DNA of 64,000 nucleotides from Paragordius varius. Taxonomy: Eukaryota > Animalia > Nematomorpha. The stretch lies in contig OZ176056.1 of the NCBI GenBank assembly GCA_964247055.1, positions 3,410,001-3,474,000 on the forward strand, given 5' to 3'. Of this stretch, positions 1 to 13,401 are shown piece after piece. The stretch's first letter is position 1; each line of letters starts with the position of its first letter. The position numbers and the translations under genes are program-made. Below the pieces are notes generated by a model. The model made no database searches and had not been told where the DNA came from. It saw nothing but the letters and a program-made list of their open reading frames with translations.

Positions 1-513
1 AAAGTATAAATACGCAAATTTTATATTTTGATGTCAAACTCATGAATATTCATTGAACGTATATACCAGCACAAAAGCTGGCTTTTAAACTTTGTATTAA
101 AAAAACTTTACATATAATGAATGCATCAATAATTAGCCTATTAAAATGTTATAGGATATGTTAAATTATTGGTTATCATTGCTAAGTCGTGGCTAGATAA
201 TAGAAATTTTTAAATATATGTAAATTGGAACCCCAAAAATAACCCTAATTGTGGGCAAAAACTGAGGTTTCTGAAAAAGTAAAATTAAAATTTTTAAATA
301 TATATATTGAACTCAAATAATGTAAAATAAAATTTTTGGTCTTTTTTGAGGGTTTGTGGTAAGGTCTATTCAATTTAAAATAATAGCAAAGTGATTATTA
401 ACGTAGCTATAAAATATAAAGTCACTGTATTTTAAAAAGCTTAATATGACAGGGTATCAGTGTATAACAAATGTAATGCACAAAAGTTAAATTTTTTGTT
501 TATAGCAAAAAAC

Positions 514-858
514 CTCTCTAATATCATTTCCCCAGTAATCATGCTTCCAAATATCAATCCAAGGTTTTAGAGCTATTACCATAGATTTTGATGTCAAATT
601 TTTTTCATTGAAATGAATATTTAAATCTCCAATATTAAGAAGGGAAAAACTCAATGATTGGTATATGATTGTCAAAAATTTAAGAATATCCAAATTTTTC
701 CATCCAGCCGTAACGTCGGGATTGTTAAGAATAGCTGGAAAATCGTCGAAAACAAAATCACAATATATGGCATTGTGATAAACAATTGCAATTATCCCCG
801 CAATTAAGCATTTAGGGTATTTGAGGAGTATGATAGTTTTGAAAATATTTCTGTCCAT
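514..858 (-). CDS. Tmtc: TMTC-family protein O-mannosyltransferase, copy A, coding exon 1 (rest of gene lies off the left edge)
   Basis: FVFDDFPAILNNPDV..DIWKHDYWG motif; GT donor at 513; near-identical to 19497-19841. Confidence 0.88.
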
Positions 859-2114
859 ATTTTATGCCTTTTTAACACTAAAGTAATTGAATAGGAGATG
901 CATAATTGGAGTAATTTTATATTTTTTAATTATCCGATCAAGTATTTATTATTGTTATTAGATGATGTGGAAATTATGGAATTAGTGATCCCAGCACACT
1001 CACACACAAAAGGATTAAATTTCATACATCTACCATCCATATTTAGAATAACATAGCATTTGATCTAATAGTATAAACGTTTATTATATGATTGGAATTA
1101 TACGCTATAAAAATAGATTTATGATGTAGAATCATTTTCGCTTACTGTAAAATATAAATGTATAGATTAAGGATCAAAGGTTAAATTTATTTTGGACGAT
1201 TGGCGGCAAAATAATCTGGTAATATTGTTGGCATTTGTGCAATTTATATATTATTGTGATGTTGTTTAAATATCACATCATTGGAATTTTCTAATGGATG
1301 GATGGAAGAATGGTTTCAATTAAATTGAATTATGACAAATTGTGACAAAAATAATGTTGATATCTAGCAAACCAAATAATTTTGAGGCATATACTATCTG
1401 TATAATTTCTGGTATTTCCTTAAAAGCAATTATTGTACAATGATTAGTTCAATTAAATTACAATAATATTTTTTATGATATAAATATGAAATCTTGACGA
1501 TATTATACCAATACAGTATAAAAAACCCTTTCACACATACCACCAACAATACTTACTGATATTGTACGTTTTTTATTACATTTTTAGATATATTGACAAT
1601 TATGGAAAATTACCATTGTATATATACATATTATATACTAAATGGATAGGCATATACCCTTATTAAGAAACAGTAACAGATGGTAGAAAAAGCTTTTAAC
1701 AATAAAAATGACAACATTTATATTTTCCAGTGACATTTATTGGTTTTGCTTTTTATGTATATTTTATATGTCCCTTTTAGTCCCCATATTTTTTTGTTTA
1801 CAATAGATTTTAGGCATAAATGTAATAAAAATTATTTTATATTTGAATTTAAATTAGAGATATTATTGTTAATCTAATACAGTAGCGTATGGCATAAAAA
1901 ATTATTAGTCCATAATAGGATTAAAAAGTTTTTTTAAAAAAACAATTCTATTATATACACATATCCATAATATCCTTGTTTTTTGAACATTTTTTATTCT
2001 TTTATGGACTAATATTGTTTTATGCCATAAGCTACCGTATAATCAGTTAACCAATCTTGGTTTCTAAAATTATGTTCACTCAGTCAAAAAAAATAATTAG
2101 CCATTTATATTAAC

Positions 2115-3195
2115 TAGTAATCAGTAATAATAAGATATTTGTCATTGCCGGTTTAATTTATAGACGTCGAAAAGTGGGCAGACGATTAATTTGATAGGAG
2201 CCCATTTTGATCATCTGACAACACAGGTTGAGTGCACCAAATATTAATGTATTTTATCAATCAAGAATCATGTCGAATTTTGTGCTAGAAGAACAGAATT
2301 TATTACTAGCATTGCTTTTTTTCCATAAAAAAGAAACCTTACGTGGTGAAAAATGTTCCATAGAAAAACATGTGAAACGTGATTTTGATTTTAAAAGTCG
2401 CGATATTCAATTTAAAAAGAGTTGCCGCTTTGGTAAGTTAAACCGGTATTGTAAGGATAAAGAGCAAGAGTTATGAAATGATGATTTAACTCAAGACAAT
2501 CAGTACACGAGCAATGGGGAATAAACTTGATAGATGAGTCTAAAATTTGAATGAAAATCAAATATAAAAGACAAACTTTGCCTCAACGTCACGAAATGGA
2601 ATAATTTTTACTTGGAAGGAAATGAGGCTTTATTTTATATCAGAAGCGGAAAAATGCCGATCATCCCAACAAGGACAAATCGTTTTACGAAAATTGTGCT
2701 CTTTGTCTGGCAAAAGAGCCGTATTGTGCAATATGAACTTTTTAAGCTTGGTGAGAAACTGTTAATACACAATGATGATTCCAAGAAATCAAAAGGTTTT
2801 AAATCATAATCGAAAAACAGCAGGAATGTACCAGAATACACACAGTTTATTTAGCTACATGAATGCTCAGTCTTACACAACAAAACCAGGGAAAGTCACC
2901 TTAAAATTACTTGAAATTCTTCCGCATCCGCCGTACTCAGGCGCAATTTGACTATTTACTTATCAATGGCGAACACGACTGCAGAGCAGCACTTTGATAA
3001 TTAAGAAGAGGAAAATAACTTCAATGGTTTTCGGCAAAAAACAATAAATTTGACATGCCATTAAATAAAATACTTGTGAGATGGATGAAACGTGTAGAAA
3101 CCTATGTACAATATTATGAATAAAATAAATGATTGATTTTCTTTGAAAATTTGGTGTTTTTATCACATAGCCGGTAATGGCTCTTGGTTAATATA
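2115..3195 (+). mobile_element. Degenerate mariner (Mos1-like) transposon, copy A
   Basis: Frameshifted transposase fragments: MSNFV..LFFHKK (2270), GNE for GDE, KIVLFVW..IVQYELFKLGE, NAQS, ILPHPPYS (2919). Residual terminal inverted similarity: gtcattgccggt / gccggtaatggc. Confidence 0.88.
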
Positions 3196-3921
3196 AACTA
3201 AAACTATATATTTTATTTCATATGTGCAAATATATTTTTATAAAGTATAACAATTTTTGAATATATGAATAAATTAATTTGATTAGCAATAAATGTTCAG
3301 ATATTGTAAAATAGCCTTATACAAAGATATGCTTTATATTTTAAAGAAATATAAAGTACCACGGAGCAAATAAAGATTTATGACACATTGTCAAGCAGTA
3401 TTATAATTAAGATCCAGTATCATCTATATATTAAAACGTTTTTGCGGGGATTAAACTATTCTAATGTTTATTAAAAAATTTTTTTGCAAAAAGTTACGGG
3501 ATCGTTTTGGGAATTGAGATTAGTGAATAATTTTATTATATATTTTTTATTGTAGAGCATATTATTTTTACATAGCCATTTACAAAATATTTAAATTTTA
3601 CAATTTAATTATATTAGAAGGTGATCCGTCACCCTTAAGAGTTGCATTTAAGTGGGTAATTATTAAGCGAGATTCCTAAAAATTGTATAAATCAATCGTG
3701 AATCGAATAAATACATAAATACCCAATTAAATTTTAATTTGTATTTTCAAACACTTTTGGGTATGCAAATGTTTAATAAAATATTTTCACCAATTATTCT
3801 TAGCCTCGGGGTAGAGTAAGCATAATCGTCGAACCCATGTGCTCTAAGAAAAACTTAATTATAAATTTTTCGATAACCCTGTGTTACAGACATTTTACTT
3901 AATCGAAATGAAATTTTAAAA

Positions 3922-5051
3922 TCTATATATTTATAAAAATGGAAAATGCTGGCTTTGTGATCTGGTACAGGAAAACCGGTAGACCAATTCAAATCCAAAC
4001 TTCGAAAAAATATAATCATTAATGAATGCCCCTACAATAGCCTGGCCCTTTTTTTGAAATAGGCCCCCAGTTCGGGCCCACCCCGTGTGAAAAACGGGCT
4101 GGAATAATTTTCCGGAGAACGTGTTGGACCATTCAATTTCAAATATGATTTTTGTTTACTTATTTTTGATCGCGCCGAACATAGTCGACTCACTTTTTTG
4201 ATTTCGGCCAAAAATAATTTTTGATTGTATTTTTTTCGCAAGGTATGAGACTCTAAAAATTCAATAAGGATTCCACGTATTCCCTGTTAAAAGGCAAAAA
4301 TTTTAGTCAATCGTTTCTTTGATGATAGCTGCTGAGTAAGGAGTATCTATCATATGCATAGGATGTTAAAAAATATATGGATAATAAAACATTATTGGTA
4401 AAATATATATTTATAAAAATGGAAAATGCTGGCTTTGTGATCTGGTACAAGAAAACCGGTAGACCCAATCAAATCCAAATATCGAAAAAATATAATCATT
4501 AATTAATGTCCCGACAATAGCTTCGCCCTTTTTTTAAAATAGGCCCCCAGTTCGGGCCCACCCCGTGTGAAAAACGGTTTTTTTTGAAAACAGAAGTCCA
4601 CAATGATCGTGTCCTTTGAGACAATTTTCTGGAGAACGTGTTGGTCCATTCTATTTCAAATATAATTTTTGTTTACTTATTTTCGATTGCGCCGAACATA
4701 GTCGAGTCACTTTTTTGATTTAGGCCCTCTTTTTACCCGCTCCCCCCGTAAAATGCCATTTTTTCAAAAAACAAAGTCCACAAAAATAATTTTTTAAATC
4801 TATTTTTCGCCCTAGGTATGAGACCGTAAAAATTCAATATGGATTCCACGTATTACCTGTTAAAAGGCAAAAATTTTAGTCAGGCGTTTATTTAATGATA
4901 GCTGCTGGGTATGGAGCTACCCGCTAAAACTGATTCCTGATGCAACTTTGTGATCTGTTTCCGGAAAACCGGTGAACCCATTCACCCCCCCCCCCCTCCA
5001 GAAGTCCGAAGGACTTCCTCGGGCTGCTTAGCAGCACGAGATTTAGGCTGG
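3922..5051 (+). mobile_element. Non-autonomous Helitron-like element with internal head-to-tail ~0.5 kb repeats
   Basis: 5' A|TCTATATATTTATAAAAATGG; 3' hairpins (gaagtcc-gaa-ggacttc; ctcgggctgc-tta-gcagcacgag) then CTGG|T; no TSD; absent from copy B. Confidence 0.72.
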
Positions 5052-6991
5052 TATAATTATAAATTTTTAATAGATATAAAATAATTGTCCACCATTTCTG
5101 GTACTTATTTTCATATGTACAATTAATTTGATGCATTATACAAATGATAAAATAAATTTAATAATTTATATTGGGCTTCACGTTTTCCAAAAAAATATTT
5201 TACAGAATACATAATAAATATAAAGAATGTAATAAACATATAGGGAAATTTTTAAGTTTAAATATAATTTTTAAATTTTTCCTACCTTAAACTGTATTTT
5301 TTAGCAACTTTTGCATATGATCCGATTTTACATGGATTGGAATAAACATAGAAGTCTAAAAGTCATCCGCTACACTGCCTCTGAAAATGGAGGCATATAA
5401 AAATTATCCTAATTAACATATATTTCTATAGAAAAATGTATCAGGATTATCATGGTGCTTTTGGTTTTGCCATAAGAATATTATTACTTTAGTGGTAACT
5501 CTCCATATCAGAAAATGGCTTGGGCATTTTTTTGTGTTTTTTGTTAAAAGTTAAGTGCCTTACTTTAAAAACTATCACTAAAATTATAAACTGCATATAA
5601 AAAGAAAGATATTATTTTTATAAACTTTTAATTTTTAAATGTGGCCTCAACGCAAAAATGGCGATATTTTTCGATAACGATTTTTAATATATAGTAGGTT
5701 ATAGTATCAAAAAACATTTTCTGAAAAAATGCATGCTTTTTTTAAACATATTATTTTTTGTTGAAGCGTACTTCATATTATTTTGAAGCAGGATGGCAAA
5801 GTTATAAAAAAAACGCTTTAAAATATTATAAAAACACTTTTTTATTCAATCATGCCGAAATCTCCTTAGAATTACGATTAAATTAATCGCTTGTTGTAAT
5901 ACCTTTGTTAAATATTAATTAATTTTTTTACGAAAATTCGCCGAATTTAAAAGCAAACGAACAAATTAAAATCTAAGGTGATAGAAATGATTAGCATTAA
6001 CTTATTTGGAAAAGGTGCTGTATAATAGCTAATAAAATTTAATACCGAACATCCAAAATACCATACAAATCGCCTCAAATTTCGCTAATATATATTTTAA
6101 AATCCATTTTTATAAAAAAACAATTTGCTAAAATTTAATTTTTAATTTCCTTAGTTTACCAAAAAACTTTATGATGTCAAAATTTACTCCAAATCGAAAA
6201 TTTCGCCCTAAAAAAATTAAAATTTTATAAAAAAAACTTTTATATGCAGTTTATGACATATTTTAATAATATTTTTTTGGTATAGAATATATATTTTATC
6301 AGAATATTTTTTTGTAGACACTGTGTTATGATCGGTGCAATATTAGACATGATTTATTTGAATCTGAATTGCTTAGAGGCGCATTTAAAGGATGACGCAC
6401 TATCCAATATAATTTTACTCATCTCCATAAGACATATGCTAGGATATTCAAATTTCATTTTTATATATTTTATAAAATAGCATTAAATTTTTAAAGACTA
6501 AATTTTTTCATAAAACGTTATTTTTAATTTTACAACTAACTGCAGGGACTAATTAGAAGATCTTTAAATTATTTTTCTAAAAATTTGCATTTTATATGAT
6601 ACTGGTATCTAAATTTTATGACTGTTTGACAGTATGTCATTTTTTACATTTATTAGGTCTGAGATGCTATTTTAATCAAAAAAATAAATATAGAGATTTG
6701 TGGCAAAACGTCATTTGAAAATCAAAATAATTTATTCATATATTCCAATATTTAATATAATTCAGTTTTATAAAACTAATATTCTCTCAAAAATATATAA
6801 GATGATTTTATATCAATGTATTCGTTTAGACCAAGATGGATACCCAAACCAATTATTTTTGAAGAGTGCAAAAACGAAATTCTCAAAAAGCTTAATTAAT
6901 AACAATAAATGTCACCAAAAATAAATGTTGTCGTTTTTATATATTTATTTAGATTTATTGCTGAAAGCTTTTATACTAGTCGTAAGAAGGG

Positions 6992-7024
<33 letters not shown>

Positions 7025-7592
7025 CCAGACATTTATTATTAATGGAAATGCATTATTGTCAAAAATGTATAATTAAATCATACTACAAAAATTAGAAGGC
7101 TTGGTATTATTATTATAAATATATCGAATTCTTTTTGAATAAAATATTAGGCGATGTTACATGGTTTATTTGAAAAATCTATATAGATATTTTCAATTTT
7201 ATAAATGCGACGGAATAGCTATAAATGGTAAGGTGATTTAAATTTGTGGTTGAATTGTAATAGATAACTTATAGTCTGATGTTTAGACTCTAATATTAGT
7301 TGTATACGGCTTACTAAAATACGGCTCCCTAGACTTTTGTGTTTGGGTAAAAAATCTTAGATTTAATATTCCAAACTATTATCAATTGATAAGTTTATTT
7401 ATCGAAAATATTGGGAATTTTAATATTTCTACCCCAAAAAATAAAAAACTACCTCAAGGTATTAACTCACCTTGAATGTGTTATCACATATACTGAGAAA
7501 TCATTATAGAGGTTGTTTTTGATAAAACTTTAGAAATTTATACAATTATTAAATTTTATATTAACCTTATTTTACCGTTTCATAACAGGTTT

Positions 7593-8440
7593 ATCCTGAT
7601 TTTGCAAAAAAGCAAATTGACCCATAATTTAACAGAAGTTATTTTAATTAATTTATATTCTTATATAGATAAAATAAATGATAACATACAGAAAAGTGGT
7701 GGATTTTTTGAAAAAGAGATTTATAAAAAAGACTTCAGACCAAATAGGGGTAGATTTTTATTTTATTGATAAGTACGGTCAATTAAAATGATATATAAAT
7801 TAATTTTCTTTTAAATCTCTGCAGCTCAAAATTAATAAATATATTTTTTCCATCCAGCTTTTTCTTATCTGGCAATGATCTTATACATACAGCTAAGATT
7901 TTTGGCCTTTGATACACCCAATTTATTAATTAAAAAATCGCCAGGAACCATTCCTCAGTGGCGTACGCATTTGCGGCGCCCGGGGCATAAAACTTTTATG
8001 GCGCGACGCGCCCCTTTTTTAAAATGCCAATAAAACAATTTAGTAAAAAAATACAAACGTTGTAACCTAAAACCATAGATAAGACAGCACAGTCATATAA
8101 ATTTTAAATCTATTAAATATATATATTTATATGATACTAAATTTATTCAATGGTACTAATTAGGTGAATAATAGAGTATATATTATAGGGATTATTACCT
8201 AAATTGCTGAAAAATCTCATTTGAAAGTTCTTATTTTTTTTGCATAATTATAATTTAATTTTAAAAAATCATTTAGGCGGCCCTAAAAAACGGAGCCAAG
8301 GGCATGATGCACCCCCTTGCCCCCCCCCCCTCGGTACGCCCCTGCCATTCCTAAAGAAATATAATCAAACCCCTGATTTGAACAACTTACTAAATCTAAA
8401 CCTAAATTACTAAACACATCTTTCTAATATAATAATAATA
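7593..8440 (+). pseudogene. Tmtc: Shorter copy-A counterpart of the inverted TMTC relic (exon 5 and 3' end of exon 6, MITE-interrupted)
   Basis: 7845-7925 resembles exon 5. 7930-7955 plus 8345-8440 align to 27150-27255. Confidence 0.7.
7956..8344. mobile_element. hAT-type MITE
   Basis: TIRs CAGTGGCGTAC / GTACGCCCCTG; 8-bp TSD CCATTCCT (7948-7955, 8345-8352); single empty site at 27164-27171. Confidence 0.9.
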
Positions 8441-8538
8441 ATTATTTAATTTATTTTAATAAGGCTATATAATTGTATTTTATTTAAAATATATTTACTA
8501 AAGTATTTCGATACAAGAACTATATGTAAAATGAAATA

Positions 8539-8751
8539 CAGTCAAGTATGCTTCATTTATTTTCTTTCGTTAAATGCGTATAAGTATTTGTTAAAGAATG
8601 GAAAAAACAAGAGTTCTATGGTATTAACAATATCATATTCACCAAAAAAGTATGATTACCATAGAGTTGTTTATTCCATTCTTTACCAATTATTTATACC
8701 CATTTAACGAAAAAAAAATAAATTTTTGATAAAATAAAGGATACATGACTG
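8539..8751. mobile_element. Palindromic Tc1/mariner-type MITE (CAGTCATGTAT-like termini, TA flanks)
   Basis: ta|CAGTCAAGTAT..ATACATGACTG|ta; long internal inverted repeat; relative at ~37371-37596. Confidence 0.75.
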
Positions 8752-10187
8752 TAGTTTTTGCACAACTTGACTTTATAATAACAGCCAGTTAAAACTTTTG
8801 AGTAAAATTGATTAATAAAAAATTTAATCTACACCAAATTTTTTTTATTTTCACTTCTCAAAGTAAAATGATATTTTCTGTAATTACGTTTAAAATTTTT
8901 ATTTTTTAAAATTTAATTTCAACTGCTAATAAAATATATAAATTATTTATTAGATAATTGGCTTTATCGTTATAATAACACTTAAACTGCTTAATAGAAA
9001 TCCAACAATTTTTACTTTAGTAGATTAAATAACAGTGTTTTTAGTTCACCACTGATGGTAATATTAGGTCGAAAAATTGAAAATTTTTTCCTTGATTAAA
9101 TTAATTTTTTCTGAAAATGTATAAAGTATTTGGCTTATAAAAGACAATCAAACTTCGTGGAGGCGGATGAGCCTGATTTGCAAAATTAATAAAGATTTAA
9201 AAAAGTAATTTAAAAAATCCCTACAGGACAAACCATCAATAAATTTAATTTTCTCATAAAATATTGAATTTTACAAGTTTGAGTTTAAAGAGTAACAAAA
9301 TATAACTTATTTATGGAAAAACATTATAAAAAAATCGTTGGCATTAGGTGGACGTCCCTCTTTTCATTTTAAAAGAACAGTATATTTAAGCGGATCCCGA
9401 TTGGCATAGTCATAATTTGTTATCAAAAGTTTTCACTCTGGACATGGGAGGTGAAATTGGTTTTGAATTTGATTGAATTTTACTTTTAACAATATAATGG
9501 GTAGGTAAACCCACCTATTGCTATATTGCTCAAAATATATGTTCTGCTTGTAAAATTTAATTTTTACTATTCATTGCATTTAAAATCGTGGGGTACACAT
9601 ACATGGTCTTAATGTATATTCAGATTTTATCAGTATGGCGCGGTTCTCTTTGTTGCGGTTTAATATCTTAAACCGCAGTTTAACTTGACAATTGTTGGCT
9701 TAGTAATCTCTCTATACTTCGAATTTTGTTCATGCATTAAATAATTGACAAATATTTTGAAAAAAATAATAAAGATTGCCCACGTTTATTAACATATTTT
9801 GTTGAATCAGGACCTTACATTTTGCATAAGATATGATACGATGCTCACATTTTCTATGACGATTTTAGGCTAAATAATTTATAAATATATTTCATTCAAC
9901 ATATTGTCTAAGTTCAATGTCATCAATGCGGAATCGGACTTATATTGGCTCATTTAGCCTACAACCTATTTAATTTTAATTGTTCAAGAATTTTTCGAAC
10001 CCAATCGTAAATCGAAAGAATAATATAAAAGAAGAAACGATGGTCAACAATTGTTATCTCCAAAACTTCGTAATCCATGTTAAATGGTTAAAATTTATAT
10101 AATTAGTCAATTTATGGGAAAATTTCCCCTAATAAATTTTGCATTTTATTTTCCCTATAATCTATTTGAATTGATTACAATTATACA

Positions 10188-10833
10188 TAGGGTTGTGCAT
10201 TTGACTGCTATTTCAAAAAAGTCCGGTCAGGCCCAGTCAGAGATGGTTATTACGGTAATGACCACTTTTTACTTAAGTAAATATATGCGATATTGAATTG
10301 TGAAAATAATGTTTGTACGACACTTGCGTGTCACTAATAATGCCATGTTTTCTTAATTAATATTATACATTTTTTGATATTTATTATTTACAAATATTTT
10401 CAAAAAATTTTAAGAATTTTTCATGTAAATCTTGTCACATGTTTGTGGACTGAATCTTCAAATACATAGCTTTTAATACTGTATATTTCAAATAAAATAC
10501 CTAATTTGTTAATCGAAATATCCAATTATAAAATGTTTTTACTTTATAGGTACACATATATGGAATAATTGCATATTTTGCAAAGTGCTTGATTGTATTG
10601 GTTTTTAAATAACCATGCATGTTTAACAATTTAGTATTGTTAAATAATATTTAAATTTTAATTTATATTTATATTAAAAAACAATAAAATTTTACTATTT
10701 CTCTTCCAAAAAAATACCAGCAATTTTTTAAAAACGGCTGTTTTTTAAATGACCATGGTCAAAAACAATTATTTACTGACCAAATCATGACCCGGTCAAT
10801 TGACCTGATCATGGCTTGGTCAGAACAACCCCA
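10188..10833. mobile_element. hAT-type MITE
   Basis: Ends TAGGGTTGT / ACAACCCCA; 8-bp TSD ATTATACA (10180-10187, 10834-10841); single empty site at 28662-28669. Confidence 0.85.
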
Positions 10834-13401
10834 ATTATACAATATTTAATAAATAGATGGCTTATATACCTTTTAGATCTTCATTTATTTACTATCAGAT
10901 ATTTTAAACCCTAACACAGTTTATAAAATTAAAACACATTTTGCCTATTTTTTATTCCAGACATTCTATACTTATATTGATATAAAAACGTAAAAACATA
11001 ATGGTATCTGTGTTTTAATTGTGTTGCATGGTTTTATAAATTTCTCTTTGATAATGCAATTGAATTTGTTGTAACGTTTCTAATTTTTTAATACACAAAG
11101 ACACCGATAATAAATTGAAAAATACGTAAAAATTATTTCTTCATGTCTAGTCTGTGTGCCAAAGTTAAAAATGTCTCAAGTTTGTTTAACAATTGATTCC
11201 CATTCTACATGATATGCCAGGCTTGTTTTAAATTAATTACTTAATAAATTAAAATCATGATAACAATAATGAAATATAAAAAAAATTATTCAAAAATACT
11301 TGATATTACTAATTTCAAGGTAAAAGCCAAAGGTAAAAATTTAGTTAACATGACATGTGTGCATTATCATTTATTTATAATGCATAATACTTTTTCTTTA
11401 TATCGATGTTAGATGAGTAAATAAAAAATAAGCTTTTATTTTAGCAGGAATATGAAATAAACACGAGATTTTGGGAAAATGTTGTAAAATAAAAATGGCC
11501 TTGATGCTTTATTTTCAAAACTAAATTTTATTTAGATATTTTGGCTTATATATATAATTTTTTTAGGATAGAATTATAAATTTAAATGGGACCGTTTTTT
11601 TTACTAGTTTTAAAATATCAACTTAAATATATTCTGGGGTATTTAGATACCCCCATTTGAATCAATATGTTAAGCTTATAGTTTTTTATACCGTTTCCAT
11701 CATTCAAAATTACTCGCTCTCCACCAATATTCTGGTATTCATTAAAATTGTGAGCAAAACCAATTTTTCCGGGAAAAACTTTATTTTGGTGTCAAAATTT
11801 AGCACAAATTTAAATTTCATTGAATATCAGAATTTAGGATTTTGATATAAGAAAATTAGCCCTTTATTCCAAGATATTCATCAAATATCATTGACTATAT
11901 TTTAAAAGCAAAACACTATTTTTATAAAACTTGTATTTTTAGATATAAGGTCCGAAAGTCTCAAATTTTTCTTTTCTTATCTGTGCTTTAAAATAAATTT
12001 TATATATGCTAAATTTTGGCATCACAAAAATATTATAAAATGCATATATTGTTCAAAAATTTAATTTTTAAATTTGGCGAGATAGCTATTTCAAAGTATG
12101 GTATAACTGTATGATAATTAAGATATTATCAGGTCACTTATATAAAATTCAATGATGTTGAGCGTTTTGATTACCCCAGAATTTCGACTGAAAATTTAGT
12201 TTATCTTGTATATGAAAACATTGTGTTTTTTACAAAAATCACCCAAATTTGTAATAGAAACCTAAAATTAAGAGGTGATACAAATGTTCCGACTCATCAA
12301 ATAAAGAAATGCCACTGTTTCCATCCTGCTTTTAACTAGTATGCATACAAATTATTCTAAAAATTAAATTTTTAAACAAAGTATGAATTTTTTAAAAATG
12401 TAGATTAAACAATTTTATTGTTTCTCGCCATTTTACCGTTTATTTTCGAAGAACCAGTCCATTTAAAGAGTAGGCAAAAATTTGTCAACCTTTTTTTTAA
12501 ATGGAAACTATGGGCTTTTTTAAAAAAAATCAATGCAAAAAAGCTGAGATTATGCGGGAACAGTTTTAATATGGCAGACTAAAAAATGCATAATTTATAA
12601 AATTTGATTTTTAGCAGAATTCAGAGTACCGTATTTTATGGTATTTCGGATAATGATGAAAACTCTAAAAAGAAATTTAGATATTATAATAACTGAGTTT
12701 TTTATAATTCGATGATGCTCAACATTTCTAATACCTCAAAATTTTGAATAAAGTCTTGTTCGTCATCCATTATTAAATATAATTATATTTTTACAAAAAA
12801 TGTATTTAATTACAAGACGCACAAATGTTTAAATGGATGATTTCGTGTAATTGGATTACTGTGTTCGTAATGGGAAGGTACCTGATAAATATATATTTTT
12901 ATAGGCAAAGGTATTCCTGGTGCTTTTGGTTTTAGCACTTACGTGTGATACAAGAAACTATTTAATACTTTTCTGCTCCATATAAGAAAATGGCAAAGTT
13001 TTCGCACATTTTTCATAATTCAATTTTCTCTTAGTGTAACCATTGAATTTTTAGTTTGTATACCCATTATAATTAGTCAAGTCATTTAATATATTATGAT
13101 ATATTAATTAAATGGCTACAAAATACTTTTAAACGATGCTTATTTCACGCTATAGTAGGGAATTTCGATACAAGGCGTGTAAAGAAAGGATATTTTATTT
13201 ATTCAATGTTTCTTGTTTTTTTGTGTTGCAAATTACCCAACTATAATGTGAAATAGCAACAATTAAAATGCATACTGTAAATTTTAATGATTACCAAAAT
13301 TTCTAGACACTATTTTCGCAATTTACGGCAAATTTAAAAACCGTAATAATAATTTATTTACATTTTGTTCAATATTTTATGTATATATCAAATGCTGATA
13401 A

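Larger units (their letters stand above)
1..11030. repeat. Segmental tandem duplication, copy A (visible part); partner 18984-~28850
   Basis: Collinear anchors: 1/18984, 2920/21810, 5575/22635, 6630/23860, 8930/27500, 9900/28380, 10990/28810. Confidence 0.93.
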
